DNA of 63,545 bases, filler included, from Reticulomyxa filosa (Eukaryota > Protista > Foraminifera), in NCBI GenBank assembly GCA_000512085.1. It is 19 parts of 19 records of this genome, joined end to end, with 100 filler letters (N's around TTAATTAATTAA, not from the genome) between each part and the next. Parts side by side here need not be neighbours in the genome. Positions count along the whole stretch, not along the records: positions 47,547 to 51,705 come from ASPP01011861.1; positions 51,806 to 53,080 come from ASPP01006436.1; positions 53,181 to 55,648 come from ASPP01017654.1; positions 55,749 to 56,860 come from ASPP01034686.1; positions 56,961 to 59,514 come from ASPP01021677.1; 14 more parts are not named here. One strand, written 5' to 3'. The translations under genes were made by a program, and so were the position numbers. Positions 47,547 to 59,514 of this stretch are shown piece after piece (within the stretch, counting starts at the first letter, position 1; every line of letters starts with the position of its first letter). The notes beneath the pieces were generated by a model. It was not told the DNA's origin, did not search any database, and worked only from the letters and a program-made list of their open reading frames with translations.

Positions 47547-50500
47547 ACGCACTTTCCATTGTTGTTTTTGTGTGCATATGTATGTTGAATGAAAAAAAAA
47601 GAGTGCATCGATTTTATTTTTTTTTAACTCTGAAGAGAACATCTCTCCGACCATTTATCAAATAGGAATGGTCGAATGTTTTGGATGCGATTTGTGATAT
47701 TTTGTGGTTCGTGATTGATCACTACCTTTCCCATTAGAAAGTGAAATGTCAACTGCGGTTGATTTTGGTACCATATTTTAGCAACAATGTTCCAATTGAG
47801 GCCGTGTTTTTGAACAAGATCATACACAGGCTTGTATCTGCCATGGGGATGAAAGCACAGGCATTCCAACACAAACTTTTTCAATGGCAGCACGATTTCG
47901 CAGTCGAATTTCTTTTCGATTCCAATCAAATTATCGAAAATCGACTCAATTTCGGATTTGTCATCTCCCAACTTTATTTTCTTATTTTTTTCTTTTTTGT
48001 TATACGTATATGCAAAATTTTTATAAAAAAAAAAAATTCGTATACACACACATATATACATAAATATATATATATATGTGTATATGTATACGTAAATAAA
48101 ACATACCACGACTGAATAAATTGGAACATTTTAGTTGCAAAAATAAAATTTCTTCTTCTCGGGAGCTGTGAACATCAGATGGAAATTGAAAAGGTTCTCC
48201 AATGGTCTTTGCAGCAAGGGCTTTCGAAATGGACTGCTTTTTATCCAGTTCTTGCAGAAACTCTTGTGAAAATACATATTTGTTTTTCCTTTGCCATTTC
48301 TCATGGTAAAACTCGTGCTCCAATTTTCTAAACAACATATACCACAGCAATCCAACGCAATACGCTTGTAACTTTTCATTTTTACCTTGGCTCTGCACGT
48401 ACGAATACATTAGGTCGCGAAATTGCGTGCATGTGCAGCCTAACAAGATTGTCCATGATCTTAACATATTCTGTTATTTTTGTTTTTTTTTTTTTTTAAA
48501 AAAAAAATAACAATGTTTTCTTCTTTAAAAGCATCTTTTATATATATGTATATATAAACTGCAGAGGAAATGGTATGAAAAAAGAATTCTGAAGGATCAT
48601 AGTCATTGCAGGTACCAAGACCGTGCTGCATTTACAATTGGAAGGATCGAATTTGAGTCGAAAAAAAAGGAGGAACATGACTTGAGCAACGTGGGTCCAA
48701 TTGCAGGGACTGTCCCGATGTTGGTGAATAATGTTGTTGAATGTGATGACAATGGCTTGGCAAATGTGATCTTTATTCGTCGCTGGACATTTGGACATGA
48801 ATAAATCCAGCGACGTCAGAGCGACTTCCAAAGACATGACTTTGTTGATCTGTAAAAGTATGGATTTCAATATATGAGTAAGTTCATCTTCGTGAATGAA
48901 CGGCTCCGGGGAACCCCACAGTGTGAGTGTGTCCGCGACTCCATGGAGCAACATTACATTGCCAACATTGGTCTTATGTTCTCCCTTCCACATCCATTGT
49001 TTGTTGTCGTCTTTCATTTCTGGTGCAGCTAATGGCTTCACTTTGCGTCGCTCGTTGCTTCCTTCTTGCACAATTTCGACGGAAAAGTAGTGCGTTAACT
49101 CCAAAGGAAATGATAGTCGCCAAATATAAAGCCATAACGAAATATTGCTCCCCTCCTTGCACTTTATAAACGACCGTTTTTCAGAGACTCCAAACTCCGT
49201 CCATCGCACCGTATACGTCGTGTTCGGAGTCGGTCGATGGTTCACCAACCAAATGTACATCAGTCTGGAGTCATTCAGTTCCTTCGCTATCTTGTTGTCA
49301 TTGCCGTTGTTGCATCCTCTTTGCAATTGCAATCCCACATACATCTCGTACGATTGAATCTTTTGCTTTTCCTTTTCCTTTTCCTCCTTTTCGTCCTGCT
49401 TGTCATTTTCCTTGTCTTCTTTGTCCGCTTTTTGCAGCTGCTTTTTCACAAACAAATCACCGTCGTTATCACCTTCTTTCGATCTTTTTTTGTTTTATCA
49501 ATAATTTTTTTTTTATTACAATACAAGCTCAGATCATGGTTATATATATATATATATATATATATTCTCTCCCTTCCTTCGTCTCAAAGTAAACTTACTC
49601 ACTTCCAAGACAATAGCTGCAACAATGAATCGTGAGCGCGGAAATATGAACATGGCCGAACTTGAATTGGGACAAACTGACTAGACATAACGATATATCC
49701 ATCCTTATTGAAAACCAACGCTCGCAATTGAAAGATCTTATGGTTTGCGTACTTGGGTTGATTGAGCATGGACAGATCACATTTGAATTCATTTGCAAAC
49801 TTTAGCAATTTGTGCAATTGCATTATAATCGGACTTTGTCGTGCAAGTCCCAACGACATGCGGTTCAATTTGCTCTCCACCAAGTGCGATTGATCCATGT
49901 ACGTATACACCAACTCATACATAATTCTACCTGCAAATGTCAACGGACTTTCCCACTCTAATGTCGCCACACCCGTGCGATAGTCTATTATCAACTCGCA
50001 GTTTCTTGGAGATGTTTTGTTATTATCATTTGTCATACTGCTCTCGTTATTGATATTATTACTTGATATCTGCCTGTTCATATTTTCTATCCATACCAAT
50101 AAAATAAACAAATATAAATATACACACACACACACATCAGATATACATATATATATATATATATATTTAATTATTTATTTTATTTACTTATATTCATTAA
50201 GGTTTATTTGGTTGCATGCATATGTATATTCAGATTCATAATTGTGCCTACATGCACATGCATGTTGCGAATACGTATGCACAGATTGAAAAGTATATCC
50301 TTTTAAAATTTTTTAGAGCTTTCAAACCTTTTGGAGTGATAAAATATATCGGTACCACTTTATTTTCGTTGCTCCGCTTTTCTTTTGCTTTTCCCTTCAC
50401 GTCGTCTTCATTACCACTTACAACTACTTTTACAACGTATTTTTGCTCCGGCTCTAAATTTTTTAAGATTGCATACGATTTCGTGGTATATTTTTTTTCC

Positions 50501-50700
50501 CAGTTTGGTGCGTCAGTGTTTCTATCTTTTGCATATTGCACCAAATATCGAGTCTTTGTAGCGCTCTTTTCTCTTGCTTTTGTCCAACCTACAACTGCTG
50601 AACGTGGATACATCCTCAGCATCTGCAGACGTATTGGCGAGATTTCCGATTCTATTGGAGTCAACCAGGTTTTTTTAAACCCAAATTTAATTTTTTTACT
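47547..50700 (-). CDS. Large protein with N-terminal fibronectin type III-like domains, 5' part
   Basis: RSAVVGW...YLVQY...LKNLEPEQKYVVKV is FN3, SPRNCEL...TLEWESP...YELVY is a second FN3-like domain, and the later exons look helical. The start is unresolved. Confidence 0.65.
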
Positions 50701-51463
50701 CTCACTTCTTCTTTGTCTTCATTTTTGTTGAGTTAGTGATCATCTAACCTTCTTTATCTGATATCATTGGATTTGATTTGGATATCTCTGGATGCGGCAG
50801 TGCGTTTTTTGGAAAAAAAAGGATCACAGAATTAAAAAAAACTTTTCCCTTCTAAGAAGTTAGACACAACGACAACAGACTAGTTCTGTGAGGTAAAATA
50901 TATGAACTCTTAAAATTGTTTCAATGAACAAGCACTGACCAAACATATAAAGATTGTTGTAAGACAGGAAAAAAAAGACAAGCAAACACATTTTAAAAAA
51001 ACCATAAAACTTATTTATGCTCAAATCGATATTGAGTGTCGTGAATGGCAAGTGTCTGCATTCTTTCAAAAGTAGAAATTCAGAGACTCGATTTTAAATA
51101 TTAAGTTTTTAAAAAAATCATCATCAAGTAATTTTAAATTCTGTAACATAAAATATATTAAATTATGCTTTTATGCAAGATAAAATCTTTTTTGTGATGT
51201 CTTATTTAATATCAATGTAAATTAGAAAACTAAATAATGAGGACTTCGTTTTTCGAGATAAATACAAAAATAACTTTATCATACATTTCAATCACTTCTT
51301 TGTGAATTTATAACATTATAATCTCTGTAATGTGCTGGCCGCTCGTTGATCAAAAAAACAGTCAATAATAGTATCAGACTCAAAAAACTTTACCACAAAC
51401 TTCTTTAACAAATTATGTGGTCTTTTTTTAGTTTTACAAGGTAGCAAAGCACTTATAAAAAAC

Positions 51464-51659
51464 ATGAAAGAGATTATCACTATTGAAGTCGGGCAAGCTG
51501 GGGTCCAATTGGGGACTTCAATTTGGGAGCAATACTGTGCCGAACATGGTGTTGAAGCCGACGGGAAACGAAAAGAGGCTTGGAAAGGCACTGACTTTCC
51601 GCAAGTGTTCTTCGAAGAAACGCAAGCACAAAAATTTGTTCCAAGAAATTTGTGTATCG
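51464..51659 (+). CDS. TUBA: Divergent alpha-tubulin, first exon
   Basis: MKEIITIEVGQAGVQLGTSIWEQYCAEHG...FFEETQAQKFVPRNL has the alpha-type GQAGVQ, EHG and FFxET..K.VPR motifs. Confidence 0.85.
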
Positions 51660-51899
51660 GTTAACATACTTCAAAAAAAAAAAAAAACTTTGTTATGACC
51701 CCAGTNNNNNNNNNNNNNNNNNNNNNNNNNNNNNNNNNNNNNNNNNNNNTTAATTAATTAANNNNNNNNNNNNNNNNNNNNNNNNNNNNNNNNNNNNNNN
51801 NNNNNAAAAAAAAAAAAAAACAATTTTTTTTTTTTTTTTTTTTTTTTTTGGACATGAAATAGGGATTGTTTGTTTTTATTAAAAAAAAAAAAAAAAAAA

Positions 51900-52975
51900 T
51901 GAATGATACCGATAAGCATTCGAGCGAAAGAGCCAAAGTCGGGACTTTGCAAGACAACGATCTCTACAAATCCAGCAACTTCGATATTTACTTTTCTTGG
52001 CCGTTGCGATTTTCTCCCCTGTCGCACCATCGACGGCGTTGCAGTGAGCTCCAATGTCCCAATCGTCACCATTTGCTTCGGTAGAACGAGCACTTGCTGT
52101 GACGTACCATTCCATCCACAACACACAATCACAAGCACACGCTCTCTCTTTTTAATTGTAATATTGCAAATAAATAAACAAACACATATATATATATACA
52201 AATATATATATATATACATATATATTTATTTATTTATTTATATAGACAAAACATGATGAAAAAGTGGAGTAAGGAGCAAAGAGTTGTGGGAATGAAAGGA
52301 GCGATTATTGGATTGAAGGAAATGCATATTGGCAATAACCAAAGGATATTCCTCCCCATTGTAAAATTTGATCGGACGGATTTGTTTCTCTCGCAATCGT
52401 GTCAACACCCCAAAATCAATATCATTGGAATATATCGAACTCTTGATCGCTTGTTCCCTGTCACTTGCGTCTCCTCTCAATGGAAATGCATTGGATGGGC
52501 TGTTTTTGATTGGATCAATTTTCCGAAACACTGGGTACGGTTGTGGTTGCAATGGCGACTGTGATTGCAATGGACGTTTTCGTTTTAATTGTAATTGCTC
52601 ATTGAATGAACATGTGCTTTCAACAGTCGTCGATTCATTGATATGTTTTTCCGTCAATGGAAAATCGTTATTTTCTTTTTTTTTTTTTTTGCATGTGGGT
52701 ACATGAGTGTTTCAAGCCGAGAGAAAGGGGTGCATTGACAAACAAACAAAATATATGTGTGTACGGAAATTGATACCAAAAAAAATAAGGAAATGAAGTG
52801 GAATGAACAGAGTATCGACACTTGTGTTGAAAATCACAACAGGACGAATCCACAAAGCAGTAACATTGGCATTGATATTTAAATGATCGACATTGCTTTC
52901 AAATGAGTTGATGCAATGCATGGAACAAGTAAAGTGAAGAGAGGACATGCGCGATCGTGACAACATTGATATGTA
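51900..52975 (-). CDS. Hypothetical protein, internal exons
   Basis: Exon-like blocks at ~52975-52810, ~52670-52270 and ~52120-51905 between microsatellite introns; no domain recognised. Confidence 0.4.
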
Positions 52976-53041
52976 TTTCTTGTCTTTGTCTCAAATACCA
53001 CTTTCAATATTATTACCCACGTACTTTTTCCTGAAATTTTC

Positions 53042-53080
<39 letters not shown>

Positions 53081-53199
53081 NNNNNNNNNNNNNNNNNNNN
53101 NNNNNNNNNNNNNNNNNNNNNNNNTTAATTAATTAANNNNNNNNNNNNNNNNNNNNNNNNNNNNNNNNNNNNNNNNNNNNTTCTCTCCTCTTCCTCCCA

Positions 53200-53354
53200 G
53201 AAAACGTTCGCAATTTCGGCAATTTTTTTTTCCCAATTTTAGACATGGGATTTCGTATTCCAAATATTACCAAAATGTTTCACGACTTGAAAGTGAATAT
53301 TTTCATGCTGTCTTATCGAGGGTATGATCCTGTCGATTTTTGTTTATTTCACGA

Positions 53355-53386
<32 letters not shown>

Positions 53387-54236
53387 CGGAAGAAATAAAA
53401 TCGTTGATTGTGTGATGGTTTGGCGTCGAAACAGATATGGCGAGAGTGAAGGAGAACCAAGCGAAGAGGGACTAAAAATCGATGCAAAAGTTGAGTCTAA
53501 AAAATGGACAAAGCAGTTTGTGGAAAGAAATAAAAAAAAGATGGGATGTTTTTTTTTTTGGGGGGGGGCGGGCGAGATTAGACGACGTTTGATTATGTAC
53601 GCAACAATTGGGAGACATTGCAAGTAGACCGAAAGCGGATATACTTGTTTGGACGCTCATTGGGAGGCGCGGTCGCGATTTACTTGGCATCGCAGCATAG
53701 TAACGAATTGGCTGGCGTCATTTTGGAAAACACGTTCACTTGCATCAGCGATATGGTCAAAAAAGTCTTTCGCTTTTTGGATTTCGATATAATCAAAAAG
53801 TACATGTTACGGCTGGAGTGGAGATCTATTGATTTGATTAATCAAATCACCTGTCCTATCCTGTTTTTAGCCAGTGGAAGAGTTTAACGTTACACCACCA
53901 CCATCACCCTGGTCATCAAAACAAAGATGTTTTTTTTTTTTTTTTTAATTGTCGCGTATTGCATACACTTTTTTTTTTCCCCCTCGGTTGTTAAATGATG
54001 ATGTGTTGTCTATTTTTTTTTATTTTTTTTTAAAGGACGAAATTGTCCCGAGCGAGCAAATGGTGGAATTACATCGATCTGCAAGTAGTGCACATTTCAA
54101 ATCATGGCATAGTATCCCACAAGCGATGCACAATGACGCTTGGCTCTCCGGAGGAGATGATTATTGGAAAGAGATACGCGCATTTGTAGAAGAGTGTGAA
54201 AACAAAGCTAACAAAAAAACAGATGCTACGGATTAA
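53200..54236 (+). CDS. ABHD13: ABHD13/BEM46-family alpha/beta hydrolase, 3' part
   Basis: MGFRIPN, LSYRG|YGESEGEPSEEGLKIDA, nucleophile GRSLGGAVA, ILENTF, acid DEIVP and HND. Confidence 0.92.
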
Positions 54237-54825
54237 ATGTGAAACGAAGGTTGACCACTTCAAACACATCGAAACATGTTTTTCTCCTGTCCCTTTAGCC
54301 TTCAACAATTGTGCTGATTTTACGAACGGTGAACACACATACATTGTCTTTCTTGACAAAATTAAACATCATGGATGATGTGCTCTCTTTTGGGGTGGCT
54401 CTTATATTGTGTGGAATTGTCATTCCCTTTCTTTTTCTAGTCAGTCAACACTCTTCTCACATTTTTCAAAGACTCTTATACTATTTGAACGCGTCACTAT
54501 TATATAATATCTAAAAAATAAATAGGTAAATAAATAAAAGTCGCTAGTGACTGTTTGAAGGGAAACACCCCGTTTTTGTTTAATGTACTCTTAAAAAAAA
54601 AAAGAACAATGAAAACAAAGACAGACTACGATTTGATTTTTTTGTTTATTTGGAAAAATTCGAATTGGATGATATAAATGAGGTTGCAAAAAAAAGCATT
54701 CTCGCTGGGCCATGGCATTGAGCATTCACAAACAAAAAAAAAACAATAACCGTTTTTTTATTTTATTGTAAGTTCTCTGTACAAAAACAACCAAACAGTC
54801 CGAAAATATCAAAATTTTCACAAAT

Positions 54826-55545
54826 CTACACTTTTTTCGAGGATTCCGGTACCAATTTCAACTCTGTGGTGACATGATCTGCATCTATAAAGTCTTGCTT
54901 ACGCAACCGAACTCTCATTCTCGCAAACACAATGAACTGTAAAAAGACTTGAACTACGTGTCCAAAATTTTCCTTTTTTTTTTTTTTTAAATGTCGGTGA
55001 TTACTATTGTAAAAAAAAAAAAAAAAAAAGCATACCTTGCTCTATCTTTGTGATAAACTCATTCAATTCAATGCCATCCTCTTCACTTTGAAAAATTTGA
55101 TCAAAAAAGGCATCAAACTCCTTTGGATCAAAATCCTGGATTTCCTTGGCAATGCTGTCGTACCTGCCAATGGCAGTGCCTCTTCGCGTCAAAAACTGCT
55201 GTTTGTTATCGTCAAAGGACACGATATCATCGGCCGACTTGTCCCCTCCTTTTTCGATCTTATGAGCATCGCGTTTCATTTGCTCCTGCAAGTACTTGCG
55301 CTCGGCCTTGTCCAGGACATTGCGTACTTTTTGCCGAGTTAGCTTCCCACTTCCGTCCAAGTCGCACCCATCGAAGAACACATACATGGCATCTCGTAGA
55401 CGCGAGTCCAAATAGCAAATGGACAAGCCGATCAAAAAGTCTTCAAAGCCGATTTTGTCAGGCCTATTTTGGAAGTTGGTGTTGAACAGCATGAACAAGT
55501 TTTGCATATTGCGAGAAGCTGGGTCTCTGTCCATTGCCTTTTTAT
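54826..55545 (-). CDS. EF-hand calcium-binding protein, 3' part
   Basis: IGFEDFLIGL, FDGCDLDGSGKLTRQKV and DGIELNEF; the last exon ends ESSKKV*. The layout resembles calcineurin-B-like or LPCAT C-terminal EF-hands. Confidence 0.75.
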
Positions 55546-55567
55546 TTGTTATTTTCAAAACATAAGT

Positions 55568-55569
<2 letters not shown>

Positions 55570-55645
<76 letters not shown>

Positions 55646-55646
55646 T
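55570..55646. repeat. (AAT)n microsatellite
   Basis: Long pure AAT run inside an intron at a contig end. Confidence 0.97.
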
Positions 55647-55748
55647 ATNNNNNNNNNNNNNNNNNNNNNNNNNNNNNNNNNNNNNNNNNNNNTTAATTAA
55701 TTAANNNNNNNNNNNNNNNNNNNNNNNNNNNNNNNNNNNNNNNNNNNN

Positions 55749-56860
55749 AAAGCGCAAGACTTGGTGCCAGGAGCGAGAAAAGAAAAAGATACAATTTGCT
55801 TGCAAATCTTGGAGGAGTTAGTTCAAAATCAATGGAATACTCAAAAGTTTACTTTAGAGTCTGATGACTCCGTGTTACTAAATCGAGTATTGGAAAGTAT
55901 TTATTCCAATACCTCTAATATGAGATGCAATGACCCTAATGAGACAATTGAAGAAATTTCGAGGCTGAAAGTGCAATTGTTCCAATGCATCAACTCCATG
56001 TTATCGATCATGGGCACTCTTAAAATTTCCGAAATGCAAGACAATCAAGAATTTGATGCAATAGTGGCACAGGCTGCAAAGCTATTGGGTTACTTTGGAC
56101 AAACCAACAAATCCTACCAATACAGTTTGCATATATGGTTTTTGAAGCAATTCTATGTTGCAAAAGGTATGAGTTTCACTCGGTCATTGATCTCAGAAGA
56201 GCACCTTTACCAAAAATTTCCTATATTCGCAGAGTGTGCCTTTTACAATTTAAAATATCCACAACAAAATTTTTCTTCTATTGATCCGTTTATTGGTATT
56301 TACCAAGCCAAGTACACTAATTTCAGTCAAAAAATTAGGCAGGGAATCCAATCTGGCTCTGTAGACAATATAGGGTATATGGGAGATAAGAAAGATTTTG
56401 TCCCATTATTAGCAGCAACTTTGTCTTTGGCTAATCTCTCTGCATTATATTTGAGCCAAAATTTTGAAAGTTACCGAAACTTATATATGTACATATATAC
56501 ATATATATTTTTTCCTTGATGTGAGTTTTGCAACGTATACTCAAACAATTATAGAGATAACAGAGTACTTGATAAGATGCAACGTACTTAGTTCGGACAT
56601 TGAACAAAACTTCGTTAAAGTGTTATTAAGTAAGGACCTTCGCCCAACTTTTGGTTTCATGAGACTACACAGCAAAAGCGCTGCTTCTGATGCTTTCATT
56701 CCAAGATTGTGTTTTCACTTTTTGGGTACACTTCAACTAATGAACAGTTACCTTGATAATTTTTTAAAAAACTGGTCGATTTTCTTTTCAAAAAAAAAAA
56801 AGCAAGTTTTTCATTTTTTTTTTTTTTTTAGGAAATCCATTTAAAGTGCTGGTGTTAAAT
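55749..56860 (+). CDS. RNF213 (mysterin)-like E3 module fragment
   Basis: LHIWFLKQFYVAKGMSFTRSL, IDPFIGIYQAKYTNFSQKI and LCFHFLGTLQ..NPFKVLVLN match, in order, my recollection of the RNF213 segments upstream of the RZ finger (VYLVRKL..QRGMEFVQ; MDRYLVYG..YKALR; MAIHAAAVL..PLKNL). Confidence 0.55.
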
Positions 56861-57705
56861 NNNNNNNNNNNNNNNNNNNNNNNNNNNNNNNNNNNNNNNN
56901 NNNNTTAATTAATTAANNNNNNNNNNNNNNNNNNNNNNNNNNNNNNNNNNNNNNNNNNNNCATTCCCTTTTTTACGGCCACAATCGAATTGTTTTTCTTT
57001 TAAAAAGACACATTACTTTGACCATACACAATCTAAATATTCTTCAAGTTTGCATCCCTTTTAATCGTACCGTATAATCAATTGAATTGTTTCAGTTTCT
57101 TCTAACCAGTTGTAAAAAACGTATCACATTGCATATTGCAATTCTTTTTCGTTCAAAGTGAGCTGTAAGAAAATTTTAGCTTGGTTCCTTTTTTGTTTCA
57201 ACCAATTCTTTTTTTTTCGGAAGCTTTGCTAGAAATTATGCAAAATGTACATACGTATACTTCTCAAAAAAATCCTCAAGGCTAGACAGCTCTAATACCA
57301 ATTAAAGATTAGTCGTTGGAATACGTGGCATGTAATCGTAAGGGAATATTAAAAAAAAAAATACACATGAACAAAAAATCGATTAGAACCACTTGCAGAT
57401 TGCATTCTAGCAACGGATGAAAAAAAAGGAAAACAATATAACTGTAAATGGCCAAGGCAGCTTAATATTTACATGAGGCCATTAAAAATCATAAAAACAG
57501 ATTTTTGTAACCGGATGCGATCGTCACGAAAAGAATCATTTGATGAATTTTTTATACAAGTTCATCAAAAAGGAAATATTTGTCAAAAATACAGTTTTTT
57601 AATTTTTCCCACAAGCAAAATTGTTCGTACACACGATTCTCAAAAATTCTAAAAAGCAACACCAAATATTGGCCTTGCTCACAAAAGGTTGAGCAAAAGA
57701 AAAAT

Positions 57706-58389
57706 TTATGAAAATACAAGGGAAATCACGGCGAAGAGCAAAGCAATAGCAACAGAAACGGGGGAAGCACCACAACGAACCGAAGTTTGATAATATTTGC
57801 CTGACATTCCTCCACAATTGCTTCCGTAAGTATAATTGTTCGAATCAGGTGAAGGTGTGCATTTCAGATTATTGAAATAAAACATCGTTATATTGCCATT
57901 AGCGCAGGTAATTGCCATGCTCTTGTTCAAGTTGGTATCATAGCCAACGCAAGTGTTAAGCGCAAAAGTAACGTCAGAAAAGCCATTTGTATTTTTGCAG
58001 CTCGTTGCGGACGACGAAAAGTTATAATCACGCTCATAGGCACTACATTTACTACCAGATTTGGCATCGCATTTCCATTTCAAGCTAGAAGTTGAAATAT
58101 TATGAGAAATTGCGAAGTCGATAAGGCTTTGTTGTTTGGAAGCGGTTCCACTGCAACTTGCCTTTTCCCATTCTTGGTACGTTATGTTTTTATCAGTGTT
58201 ACAAGTAAATTTAACACTGGTCTTTTTTCCAGTGGAATCTTGTCGGTTCCAACAAACACCAACCGAATAAGGAGCATCATAGAATACATAGTTGCAATCA
58301 TTGGTCAATTGGAGACTTGCAGTTGTCGTCGAGGACAAAGAAGAAAAGACCAATCCAAAGGTCAAAACCAAGGAAAAGAAATTTGCCAT
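57706..58389 (-). CDS. Secreted Cys-rich, probably GPI-anchored surface protein (227 aa, intronless)
   Basis: Signal peptide MANFFSLVLTFGLVFSSL, two internal Cys repeats, multiple N-x-S/T sequons, and C-terminal small residues plus a hydrophobic tail (CGASPVSVAIALLFAVISLVFS). Confidence 0.85.
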   Translation of the reverse strand: MANFFSLVLTFGLVFSSLSSTTTASLQLTNDCNYVFYDAPYSVGVCWNRQDSTGKKTSVKFTCNTDKNITYQEWEKASCSGTASKQQSLIDFAISHNISTSSLKWKCDAKSGSKCSAYERDYNFSSSATSCKNTNGFSDVTFALNTCVGYDTNLNKSMAITCANGNITMFYFNNLKCTPSPDSNNYTYGSNCGGMSGKYYQTSVRCGASPVSVAIALLFAVISLVFS

Positions 58390-59188
58390 CTTCAAAAGGT
58401 AATCAAAATGAACAACTGACAAAAAAATCAAACAAAAACTACTAAAGCGTAAAGAAAAAAAGTTTTTTAAAAAGTGGCCCTGCAAAAGGGACAACACCCC
58501 ATTATTTAACCTTGATATCGTGGACATTCACTATTCGTCAATTTATAGTATTTGTCAAAATTGTGCGCATACTACTCAATTTGATAATACAAAAAAGTAA
58601 ATAGCTATTACTATAACAAAATCTGTTACAAAGCGTTAAGTCATTAGCCAAATCTTTTAATCGGTTGTCACACGCAATTACAAAAATATTACGAAGAGGA
58701 AATGTGTAAATCTTAAATAACAAAAATGTTCATATTCATCACATTTGTAAAAATGTATCCTATTGTGCATTCAGACTATTATAACTTTTGAACAAGACAC
58801 AAGGAAAAATTGTGGCTGTTTTCATATTTAAAAAATTTTAACTAGGATGGGCTTTGCCCTATAGTATCATGTTTCAATATTTCTATATTTCAATTGATTT
58901 ATAATTCGAAGATGAAATAAGTGGAAACATTTTTGTTTTGCGAAACTAATGTTTTAAATTCAAACATTTATAGAATTATCTATGCTAGTATTGGAGCAGA
59001 TCGCTACCCCTCAAACAAAAAAATATAATTTCCAAACAATTTGTGTTACAACTTATACTGAAAAATTTTACATTCTATTTGTGTAAACAGGATTTTTGTT
59101 GTGACATGGGATATTCTTCCTCTAACTCTGTGACAAGCATCAGAATCTCATAACAAATATAAAATAGCAAAGGAACAAGATTACAGCA

Positions 59189-59514
59189 TCATAGTAATTC
59201 CAGTTCCCAATTAGCTTCGGTTAGTCCTACAGCTAATCGATATCCAACATTTTTCGTTAAGTTATCATAGGCAACTCCATATTTTTTGCCGTTGATAGTA
59301 TATGATAATTGATAATTAATCAAATCCAAGTGCACGACAATGATGTTTCCATCTTTGTCAAATTTTTCGCCGTAGGATGAGTCTTTGTTACAGTCATAAA
59401 GCCTAGTGGCAAAGCTAACAAATGAGTTCCTTCCATGTCCACAAAAGTACGAATCCAATGCGACTGCTTTGCTGTCATGATGACTTGGAAACACACAGAC
59501 AATAACCTTCCAAG
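59189..59514 (-). CDS. SPRY/B30.2-like domain, C-terminal fragment
   Basis: YGEKFDKDGNIIVVHLDLINYQLSYTINGKKYGVAY...YRLAVGL is typical of SPRY C-terminal strands. Confidence 0.7.
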
